A stretch of 64,000 bases of DNA from a virus. Location: positions 2,287-66,286 of the IMG/VR virus record IMGVR_UViG_3300037258_000368; one strand, given 5' to 3'. Position 1 is the stretch's first letter, and each line of letters begins with the position of its first letter. Below are positions 35,890 to 45,900 of this stretch, piece after piece. The notes under the pieces were generated by a model, which was not told the origin of the DNA, did not search any database, and worked only from the letters and a program-made list of their open reading frames with translations. The translations under genes were made by a program, and so were the position numbers.

Positions 35890-36539
35890 GAGATTTGTCC
35901 CACGTCCTCGGAGTAGATCAGATTTGGGTCGTAATCGAGGCCGTCGATTTCCGGCCAGTCGATCCCCATCCACGTCCCGCCGCGCCCGATGATGCCCTGC
36001 ACGATGTCGGGATTGCCGCTGCCGAGCATCGCCTTTGATCCGTCCCATCCGGTCGCACCGGCGAGCCATTCGAAATTGAGGCCATCGGCGTGCAGCTTCA
36101 TCAGCTCGGTGCCGTCGGCATAACCGCCGATCCGAAAACCGGCCGCGAAAATCTCCGCATCGGCTGCCGCGAAGTATTCCTCGACCAGCAGAAGATCCGC
36201 CTCGCCGATATCGGTATCGCTCGTCAGGTAGACACCCGCGCCGTCCGGCACTCCCAATGCTTTCATCTGGTTGACACAACGCTCGCCGTCGACAGTCCCC
36301 TGCCCGCTGCCCCCGAGCGAGTTCCGGGCGCCGACCTCGAAGATCAGCGCCACCGGAAAGCCGGCCGCCTTATAGGCCGCCAGGTGCGCGGGGGTGATGA
36401 TCTTCGTGTAGCAGAGGAGAAGCGGTTTCGGATATCCGAGCGCCCCGAACATTTCCCCAATATCGTCGAGGAAAGGCGTAAATGGCGCGTCGGCGTCGAG
36501 GCCCAAATTGATGATCGTGCGCGGCGGTCTGTCACTCAT
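35886..36539 (-). CDS. Endolysin, DUF1906 (Rv2525c-like) glycoside hydrolase
   Basis: GLD..K.IT..VALIFE..G..DG..LGVPDGAGVYLTSDTD..IGGY..WLA..DYD. Confidence 0.8.
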   Translation of the reverse strand: MSDRPPRTIINLGLDADAPFTPFLDDIGEMFGALGYPKPLLLCYTKIITPAHLAAYKAAGFPVALIFEVGARNSLGGSGQGTVDGERCVNQMKALGVPDGAGVYLTSDTDIGEADLLLVEEYFAAADAEIFAAGFRIGGYADGTELMKLHADGLNFEWLAGATGWDGSKAMLGSGNPDIVQGIIGRGGTWMGIDWPEIDGLDYDPNLIYSEDVGQIS

Positions 36540-36604
36540 TTTGGGTTCCTTTTCGCCGAGAAGAGGATTGTCAGAGCAGTGAAGGCGAAACCATTATTAA
36601 CACG

Positions 36605-37111
36605 CTACGCCGCTCGGTCGCGAGGAGTCGGAAGTTGCGTCAGCAAGATTTTTGCCGGTCGCAGCGCCATCGCCTCGGCCTGCGCCCGCCTTACGACCAT
36701 CATCAGCATGCGAGCCGCGTCGCGTTCGAGATCGTCCACTGTTTCGTCTGGCTCGTCCGCCCGCGCGGCAAGTTCGGAATTGAGCAAAACCTCCTCTTTT
36801 TCCGTCAAAACCCATGGCGGCCCAATTTTTTCGAGGAGTTTATCGAGCACGATCGCATGAGGGTGAGTCAGTTCCTTGATCAATATCGCCTGCATTACCG
36901 CCGTGACGGGAAGCGCTTGTTGGCGCAGCAGCGCCTGGCCCTCTTCAAGCTCGACGATGCGCTCTACCAGACGGTCATTGGCGAGTGCGATCCGTTCGGC
37001 GCTTTTGACCCTTTCCGATTTCACGAACCAATAATGCGAGGCAAAGAAACTGAGGAGTGCACCAAGCGTGACACCGACGATCAGCGGGAAGAGTCCCGAA
37101 ACTGCTTCCAC
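36605..37111 (-). CDS. Membrane-anchored coiled-coil protein heading the lysis cassette
   Basis: N-terminal TM; GAGGAGG RBS. Confidence 0.65.
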   Translation of the reverse strand: MEAVSGLFPLIVGVTLGALLSFFASHYWFVKSERVKSAERIALANDRLVERIVELEEGQALLRQQALPVTAVMQAILIKELTHPHAIVLDKLLEKIGPPWVLTEKEEVLLNSELAARADEPDETVDDLERDAARMLMMVVRRAQAEAMALRPAKILLTQLPTPRDRAA

Positions 37112-37126
37112 CGGACGCCTCCTCAG

Positions 37127-37160
37127 AAAAACAAAAAAGGCGCCCCGAAGAGGGCGCCCC
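37127..37160 (-). terminator. Rho-independent terminator after the ejection genes
   Basis: GGCGCCC-loop-GGGCGCC followed by TTTTTTGTTTT on the minus strand. Confidence 0.7.
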
Positions 37161-37190
37161 GTTCACGGCGACTTGATCCGAGCCTCGGGC

Positions 37191-39983
37191 TTAATGGTGA
37201 CCGAAGAGACCACCCGATTCGGACCTTGTCGCCGTGTAGATGCCGGGAACGCCCCAAGGAACGCCCCCGCCGGGCTCATAGCCGAGCATCGTGCGGCCCG
37301 TCTCGCGCGCCAGGCGCCGGTTTGTCCGCTCCCACCAGCCGGGCGAGGCGGCATCGTAGAGGTGATACCAGACCAAATAATCGAGGGCGCCCTTCAGATA
37401 GATCAGGTTCGCGAACGGCACATGGCCGCTGGCGAACCGCGCGAGATCGGGCCACAGATGCGAGAGCGCTTTCTCGGGATGGTCCCTCAATTCGATCTTG
37501 AAATCGGTGTACATCCGATAGAGCCGATCGATATCGGACCCGATCGGCCCGACCATCGTCGCGATGCCGCCGCCGCCGAGCCGGCTCGTCTCGCCGAAAA
37601 GGAAATCGCCGTAAATCCCGAGGCCACCGCCTTGCGCCAGCGCGGCGAGCAGCGTCACCGGATTGCGGTAATCGCGCTGCGCGTTACCGGTCACAGCGTC
37701 ATTGACGGCCATCCGCAGCATACCGCCGGCGGTTGCCAGAGCGATCAGCGCGCCGATGTTGGACGCCATCTCCTTGCCCGATAGCGACAGCGCGATCTCG
37801 CGGCCCATGATCTGATTGGCCGCGGCGAGCGGCCACATCTTGAACTGCAACAGCGCCCGGGCGACCATGTAATAGGGGTCACCCGGTCGCAGACCACGCA
37901 GCGCCATCGCCTGCTCGCGCACGCCCGACGTGACGGCGCCACGGTCGGCTGCATCGTTCAGATACATCCCGAGCCGGTCGGCCATCTCCCATTGCTTTTT
38001 CTGTACCGCCGACAGGATGCGCGCAATCAGCGCCTCGCGCTGTGCGTCGGAAAGCGCCGGGTCATCGGGTGTCACGTTCGGCAGGAGGCCCTGCCGGCGC
38101 AGGAGCGCAGCGACCTCATCCGGGTCCGAGGCTATCGCATCGTGCGGCGTCACCCAGCGACGATCGCCGACGACCGCCGGGTTGGCCGCGCCGCGCACCA
38201 GATCCCATTCGTCCGGCCCGATCCCATAGCTGGTGAGAACGGTGCGCTGGTGGATCTCCATCTGCTCGAGTGGTGCATTGGCCGCGCGCCCGAGCCGATC
38301 CATCAGAACGCCTTTGACGCCGCCGGCCTGGAACCTGTCGAGCACCGTCGGGAGTCCGGTGACGCGCATGAATTGCGCCGCCCAGTAAGAGACAAAGCCC
38401 GGGACGCCAGCTCCGTGCATGCCGGCGTCACGCGCCAGCATATTGCTCCAGCCGTGCGCGTAGGCGCCGGCGTCGGCCATTGCTTCCTGTTCGACCGCGC
38501 CGCCGCGCCCGTGCACCAAGGCGCCGGTGAGGTTGCGTATCGTTTCCCAGCGTCCGACGCCATGATGCGCCATCTCCGACCCGAAGGTTGCCGGCGCCGC
38601 CGACATATGGGTGAGCGAGATTGCCCCGAGATGGGAAGCGGCCTCGATGCTCATCACTGCCTCGAAGGCTGCGGCATGGTCGGCGTTGACCGGCATGTTG
38701 AGCGAGCCATCGAGCCGCCCCATGACGTTGCGCAGCCCCTCGGCCTGGGCATCGAACCGTTGCAGCCCTTCATGGTCAGTCCTGAATTCCTCGCGCACCT
38801 TTTTGATGACGAGGTTGAGATTGGCCTCGGGATTGGTCCCGAAATAGCGCATCAGCGCGGTGCGCCGCGCGCCAGCGTCGATCGTGCGGTTGACCTGCGC
38901 CAGGAGCCCATCGCCACCGCCGAACTCGCGCATGTGGTCGAGCCAATCGCCTGAATTGTTCCAGTGCCAGATCCGCGGATGCGACACCGAACGCGCGATA
39001 TTGTGCGTACCCATGAACGCCGGCGGGATGAAACCGCCTTCATCGGCCGCCATGCCGGCCATGCCGGATTGCCGCAGATGGACGCCGCTCGATGTGGCAT
39101 CGAACCAGGAGCGCAGGAAACGCGTGCGCGCGTCGGCCATGCTCTCGCCTTCCTCGGGCACCAGGTTATTGAAGGTTTCGGCCGCGGCACGCGGCTCTTC
39201 CTTCGCTCGCCAAGCGCGGAACGCCGCGTCATGGGTGGCGCCCGGTCCCGCCGCGAGCTGCAGCTGCCGCGGATCCCAGTTGGTGTGGCTGACATAATCG
39301 GTTGCCGTGCCGATCCGGGCGCCTTCAGCGTTCTGGCGGCGCTTGATGGTGTCGACCGCCGGGTAGAGCGCATCGGCGATCGTCTGTCCGGCCGTCGATA
39401 TGGTGATCCGGGCGTCGGGCGCCCCGCCATTTCGGCGCCAGAAGGCCTCGGCGACCTCGCGTTCGAGCGAGGTCCCCTTCATTTCGCGGGCCGCGCCGAG
39501 CAGGCCCTCCTGCCGCAGGCGGTTGACCATCGCGGCGCTTGTGGCGCGGTACATGGTGTGCCACCGCGACTGGGCGTTGTCCTTCTGCTTGGCGCCGGCG
39601 ACCCAGTGCATCTGTGAGGCGATCCCGTCGGCGATCCCCAGATCCTTCGAGCCGCCGACGAGGGTATGGCCGATGCGCTGGGCAAGGTTGCGATCGGGCG
39701 CAAGCTGGCCACCCGATTCGGCCTTCGCCCGTGCGATCATCCCGACCCGACGGTCGGCATTGCGGATCGCGTCGACCAGGTCGGCGCGGGCCTTTTCCTT
39801 GATCCCCATCGCGGCGGCGCCGGCGGCCGCGACGATCGTGTCGAATTCTCCGGTGGCGCGCATCTGCTCGGCGCGGACCGCAACGTCTTCGAGGAGCTGC
39901 GCCGCCTCGGATTGCGTGATCGCGCCGCGCGCGGCGACCCGGGCGATGCAGGCTTCGATGTTTCTGCCGGTGCGTGCCATCAA
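37191..39983 (-). CDS. Internal virion (ejection) protein, T7 gp16-position
   Basis: 930 aa; LLQFKMWP..GGGLGIYGDFLF..PFANLIY..SPGWWER C-terminal pattern. Confidence 0.85.
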   Translation of the reverse strand: MMARTGRNIEACIARVAARGAITQSEAAQLLEDVAVRAEQMRATGEFDTIVAAAGAAAMGIKEKARADLVDAIRNADRRVGMIARAKAESGGQLAPDRNLAQRIGHTLVGGSKDLGIADGIASQMHWVAGAKQKDNAQSRWHTMYRATSAAMVNRLRQEGLLGAAREMKGTSLEREVAEAFWRRNGGAPDARITISTAGQTIADALYPAVDTIKRRQNAEGARIGTATDYVSHTNWDPRQLQLAAGPGATHDAAFRAWRAKEEPRAAAETFNNLVPEEGESMADARTRFLRSWFDATSSGVHLRQSGMAGMAADEGGFIPPAFMGTHNIARSVSHPRIWHWNNSGDWLDHMREFGGGDGLLAQVNRTIDAGARRTALMRYFGTNPEANLNLVIKKVREEFRTDHEGLQRFDAQAEGLRNVMGRLDGSLNMPVNADHAAAFEAVMSIEAASHLGAISLTHMSAAPATFGSEMAHHGVGRWETIRNLTGALVHGRGGAVEQEAMADAGAYAHGWSNMLARDAGMHGAGVPGFVSYWAAQFMRVTGLPTVLDRFQAGGVKGVLMDRLGRAANAPLEQMEIHQRTVLTSYGIGPDEWDLVRGAANPAVVGDRRWVTPHDAIASDPDEVAALLRRQGLLPNVTPDDPALSDAQREALIARILSAVQKKQWEMADRLGMYLNDAADRGAVTSGVREQAMALRGLRPGDPYYMVARALLQFKMWPLAAANQIMGREIALSLSGKEMASNIGALIALATAGGMLRMAVNDAVTGNAQRDYRNPVTLLAALAQGGGLGIYGDFLFGETSRLGGGGIATMVGPIGSDIDRLYRMYTDFKIELRDHPEKALSHLWPDLARFASGHVPFANLIYLKGALDYLVWYHLYDAASPGWWERTNRRLARETGRTMLGYEPGGGVPWGVPGIYTATRSESGGLFGHH

Positions 39984-42900
39984 ACCTCGCTCTCTCCGAT
40001 GCAGGCGGCGGCCTCATCGACGGCATCGCCGGTCCGGGCTTTCGCGGCGTCGATCGCCGCCTGTTCCTCCGGCAGGAGCTGGTCGCCGATCGTGTCGAGC
40101 CGCTGCAGCGCGGCGGTCAGATCGGGTTCCTGTCCCCAGAGACGCAAGAGCGCGGGATCTCGCGAGACCATCGTGCCCTCAGGGCCGATCGACGTCGTCT
40201 GCCCCGGCGCCAGGGGCGCGGTGCCGCCGGCGGCCGCCGGGGCTGCCGCCGCCGCTTGCGGTCCGGGCGGCGCATCTTCTGCGACCGGCGCCTGCTTGCC
40301 GCTGAGCGAGGCTTCAAGCGCGGCGACCTGCTGGCGCATCGGCGGGATCTTCGCCTCATCGACGAAGGTCTTGCCGATCTCGCGATTGCTCGATTCGGCG
40401 CGCAGCTCGGCGTTGCGGGCGCGCTCCTGGGCTCCCTTGAGGTAGTCAGGCAGGAGCCGCAACAAGCTGGAGGCCGAGGCGATCATGTTGGGCGCGGGGA
40501 CCATGCCGAGAGGGCGATCCTCGCCCGGCCAGAACTGGAGATAAAAATGGGGCGCATCGTCTTTTAGGGTGACGAGAAGCCCGGTAGGCCCCTTCACGAA
40601 ATGGCCTTCCGCATCGAGGGCATAGTGATTCTGTGCGGAGATCAATAGCGGGAAGCCGCCGATCTCGCCGATCTGCTGGGTCTTGCCAACATCGAGGCCC
40701 GGGTAGGTCGCGGCGACCGCCTTGTCGATCGCCGCTACAGCCTCCTCGCGTGTCGTCAGCACCTGGTCGCCGACCGTCACCTTGAAATTCTCGCCGGTGA
40801 TCTGATGGCTGCGCCCGATCGCCTCCTGCAACGCCGCTGCCGTGGCATGTTCCTTGGCGGCTTCCGTCGCGCCGCGTTGAGAGTCGATCTGGTAGCGGTA
40901 CTGCTCGCTGCGATGGGCGCTTTGCCGGCGCTCCAGCTTCTTCAAATCCTGCTTGAACTGCGCCAGCTGCATGACGCGCGGATCCGAGGTCGTCATCGCG
41001 GCGAGTTGGCTGTAGGTATCAGCTTCGCCCAGATCCTCCATTTCGCGCAGGTTCGGGTCGCCGCGGAAGAACTGCTCGATGAAACCGGCCTTCTTCGCCA
41101 TCAGGTTCCACATGAATTCGTCGAGCGAGCCCATCGTCGAATAATCGTGAATGTCGAGCGTGGGGTTGTGGTTGCCCTGCCGGAAGCCCCGCCCGTTGCG
41201 CTGCTCGTCGTCGGCCGGATACCACAAGGGATCGAGGTTATGGATTGCCCGCAGGCGCCGCTGCACGTTGACGCCGGTCCCCATCTTCTGAACCGAGCCG
41301 ACGAGGAGGCGCACCTTGCCCTCGTTCACATCGTTGAAGAGGCGCAATTTGGCGACCGGGTTCTCGAAATCCTTGATGAAGGCGATTTCGCTCGCCGGGA
41401 TGCCCATGCGGATCCACTCGCGGCGCATCCATTGATAGGAGGAAAAGACCGGCTCGCCCTTGCTGTTGCGCGTCCCGATGCCGCTATTGGCGAAGACCAG
41501 CTGCGTCGCCGGGCCACGAAATGACTCGTTCTTGAAATCTGTGGCTGGATCGTAGAATTGTGTGTCCCTGGTTTCGTCCCAAATGCGATGAACATTGGCG
41601 ATCATCATGTTGAGTTTGCTCGGGTCGCCAGCTGTCGCCGCATGCATGTCGACAAGGCGAGGATCGATCGCAGCCTTGCGGCCGTCGGAAAGGATCGAGA
41701 AGAGAATGTCATCTCCCTTTCCCGGCGGTCCCTTGCGGGTTTTGATCGCCTCGGCGCGGCGGGTAATATCGGCGCGGAAATCCTGCAGCCAATTGGTGAG
41801 CGGCGCCAGCCAGGGCGGCAGCCGGTTGTAGGCTGGCCGCGTCACATACTGCGCGAGATCCTTCGAGGTAACCACGTCCATCGCCGACCCGACCATCTTG
41901 TAGAGTTCGGGCATGTTGACGAAGGTGTCGAATCGGGTGGCATTTTTGTATTCGTTGGTAACAGTCGGTTCGAGTTTTGTCGTCGTCGTGCCGAATGCCT
42001 GTTTCCAGGCGTCGAAATGCTGGAGACCACGCTCGGCCAGCGCCTTCGGCTGGATATAGCGCGAGATCGAATAGAGTTCGCCCATCGTGTTGGTGACCGG
42101 CGTTCCCGATGCCATAACCAGCGAACGGCCGGGGTTCTGCTGATCGAGATAGCGGGACTTGGTGTAAAGATCCCACGCCATATCCGAGCCACCGCTCGAA
42201 TCGATGCCCTTCATCGGTGTGATTGTGGTGATCGGGAGTTTTCGGAACTGGTGCGCCTCATCGACGAAGAGGAAATCGACACCCAGCTCTTCGAACGTAT
42301 TGACCTCATCCTGCCGCGCTCGTGCAGCCAGCAGCTTCTGTTCGAGGCGCTGCTTCTGTGCCTGGAGCCGCTTTACGGTGAAACGGTCGTCGGGGTTGAC
42401 GCCCTTGGTGACCTTCTTCAGCTCGTCGGGGTTCTGACCAAGCTGTGCGAATGCCTCGTCGATCTCGTCGGTTGCCTCGCGGATCATCTGTGCGCTGAAT
42501 TCACCGCTGATCGGGATCAGTCCGAAGGCGGAATTGGTGATGACGACGCCATCGAGATCCTGCTGCGCGATGTTGGCGACGAACTGCTTTCTGACGCTTG
42601 TGTGGAAATTGCTGGTGTCGGCGACCATGATGCGGGCGGTCGGGTATTGCTCGTAGAATTCCTTGGCGAATTGCCCGAGCATGTGGTTCGGCACCACGAA
42701 CATCGGCTTTGCGACGAGGCCAAGCCGACGCATCTCCATCGCTGATCCGATCATGGCGCTGGTTTTGCCGGCGCCGACCGCATGCGCCATGTAGGTATTG
42801 CCGTCCTGGATGATGCGCGCGACGACGCGGGTCTGATGCGGGCGCCAGGACCAGTTGCTCGACACTCCCGGCGTCGTCAGATAGCCGCCGTCCCACTGGC

Positions 42901-45900
42901 GCAGCACGACACGGTTGAATTTGGCGTTGTAGAGTGTGGCGAGATCAACCGCCCGGGCCGGATCGGCCATTGTCCAGTCGGTGAAGGCTTCCTTCAGCTT
43001 GGAGACAACCTCCTGCGCCGCCTCCGTGGCTTCCTGGTTGACGTAAGTTGTCGTCGGCGGCCCGGGGTCGCGGTCGCGAATGACCGCCGACTTGCCGTTG
43101 AGGGCGAGTTCCAGCAACTCATGGGCGCCGAGCCGTTCGGTGCTCCACTCGGCCTGGCGCGGCCCATATTTTCCGTCTTTGTCGACCAGCCATTGCCCGA
43201 GAATTTCGGAAAATTGCAGGTTCGTGCGGCCCATGCCGATGTCGTCGAGGAAATTCAGAATGTGGCTGACCGGTATCCACGACATACCGAGGTTCATCGT
43301 GATCTCGCCCGGCGGCAATGGCGGCGGTTGCACCGCTTCGAGAGCCGACACATTGCGTTGTAGCCGCGGGTCGGCTTCGACCGCGGCACGGGCTTCCTCC
43401 AGTTTGGTGACAACATCGCCCGAGAGATAGGCATCGCGTATCACGTAGCTGTCCTGGGTGCCGGGCAGCCGCATGACCGCATCGCCTAATTCCTCGATAA
43501 CCTGGGGGCGCGTCACGCCGAGTTTCTTGGCGATGGCGTCGACATCGAGGCGACCGTGCTTATTCATCGACCACATCACGCCGTCATTGGCCGATTTCAG
43601 CTCCGGTTCGATGTAGCGGGTGAGGTTGTTCTCGAAAAAGATCCGGCGCTTCTCGGCAAGCCCAGTCTCCGCGTCGTAATCCTCGGCGGCGCTCAGGACG
43701 TAGCTCTGCTGATCCGCGCGCAGCGGGTCGAGGTTCGGCTGCTTGCGGGTCTCGATATCCGGCATGCCCGCCGGATCGAAGGTGCCCTCATCGAATTCGC
43801 GGCCGGCTTCTTTGGCGAGGCCGCGCGCTGTCTCGCGGGCACGAGCGATCTCATTCGCCTTCGATCCCATCGCGATCATGACGCCAGGATCGAAATCGCC
43901 CTCGTCAAAGTGCTCGCCGGCCGCGCGGGCTTCTTCGCGCGCCGCGGTGCGGGCGTTCTCCTGCTGTACGACATTGGGACGCCGGTATGTGAATTCGGTC
44001 TTATTGACCGGACCGTTCTTCGCAACAAAGGCGTCGTAGACCCGGCCCAACTGTGCGCGCGCAGCGGCGCCCGCCACCTCGTCGCCGGCAAGATTGGCGC
44101 GATAGACCTCGCGCATCGCATCCCGCAAGGGGACGAAATCGCGGATCAGATGGATTTCGGCGGCCGTCTTGCCGCCCTCGACGCCGGCACCGCGCTCGGG
44201 AACCGGCCGGCCGGCGCCCTGCGAATACTGCATGAGCCGGCCGTCCGGTGCGACGTAATAGGAGCCGTCCACTTTTTCGGTCGATGAGAAATCGATCGCC
44301 GCCTTTTCTTCGGGACTCAGCGGCGGGTCCATGACGCCCTCGGGCAACCGCGCCATTGCCTCGCGCAGCCGATCGGAAAGCACGGTGCCGGGTGTCTCGC
44401 CGACGGTGTATTCGTCTCTGCCAGAATTCATCTTGCCGGCGAAACTCTCGTTGCCGAGCACCATCTCGGGATGCTCGGTGAAGTAGCGGTTGACCGGCCC
44501 GGTAGCCGGTTCGCCGTTCTTGTCGGGGAGTTCGCGCAGCGCCGATTGGGTCCATTCGGGCAGCTCGTTGCCAAGATCGACCGGGGCGGCCCGCTTTTTG
44601 AAAAAGAGGATGTCGGTGGTGACCTCGGTGCCGGCATTGGCCTTGAAGGCGGTGTTCGGCAATCGCACGGCGCCGAGAAATTCCGCGCGCTCGGCAAGAA
44701 AGCGGCGTGCGTCGCCGTCCATCGAATCCATCGTGAAATGGCTCGTGATGAACGCGAGGAGGCCGCCAGGGCGCACGGAGTCGATCGATTTGGCGAAAAA
44801 GAAATTGTGGATCGAAAAGTTGCGGGCCGCATAGCGCGGATCGGCCTTGATCGCGATATTGCCGAAGGGCGGGTTGCCAATCGCCATGTCGAAATGGTCA
44901 AGCGGGACCTTGACGCGCGAGAAATCGCCCTGCCGGACCCCGCTCTCGGGGTATAGCAATTTTGCGATCTGCGCAGTGATGGCGTCGCGTTCGATGCCCT
45001 GGTAGCGCGAGGCCGCGGCGAGGTCACCCGGCATCAGACCGAGAAAATTGCCGATACCCATGCCCGGCTCGAACACCGAGCCACCCTTGAAGCCAAGGCG
45101 TTCGACCGCCTGCCACATCGAGCGGACAACCACCTCGGAAGTGTAGTGGGCGTTGAGGACGGAGGCGGCGGCGGCGCGATGCTCGTCGTCGGTGAGGATT
45201 TCTTTGAGCCGCGCACCGATCTTGTCGAGGCCGCCGCGGAAATTTCCCTTGGCATCAGGGAGAGCACCGGAGAGGCCGCCCCAGCCGACATAGCGGGCAA
45301 GGATCGCCTGCTGTTCTTTCGTCGCGGGCAAACCTGCGGCGGTCAGCGATTTGGCGAGTTCGATCGCGGCGATATTGTCGTTTGCCTTGACCCGCGGCGA
45401 GCGCGCTTCGGCGAGCGCGCCGGGTTCTATGACGTAATTTGCGCCTTTGACATCGGCATCTGGCGCGCGCTCGCCGGGTTCCCCGTTCCGCTCCCCGGCA
45501 GGTCGTCCGGTGACTCCAGGTGATCCGGGTCCGGCTTCCCCTCCGGCGGGAATGTTATCAGGGTGTCGAATACCAGCTCCCGCGCCCGCACCCTCTCCGC
45601 TGGATCCGGGTCCGGGTTCCCCTGCAGGATTTGGTTCAGCAGTTCCCGCGCCCGGCTGCTCACTTCCTTCAGGTGCTGTTGCCACTGGCCCGCGCGTTGC
45701 AGCGCCGCCACCATCTTCGGTGCCCTCTCCATTGCCGCCTGTGCGTAGGGTTCCCGGATGTTGAGTAGCATTTGCCGCGTCCTCGATTGCCCGGTCGATT
45801 TCCTCGGGCGTGGACATATTACGCGCTGGCTCGAAATCAGGATAGTGGCGCGCATTTTCGTAAAAGCCGCGGAGGTACGGTCGGATCGCCTCGCCGAAAT

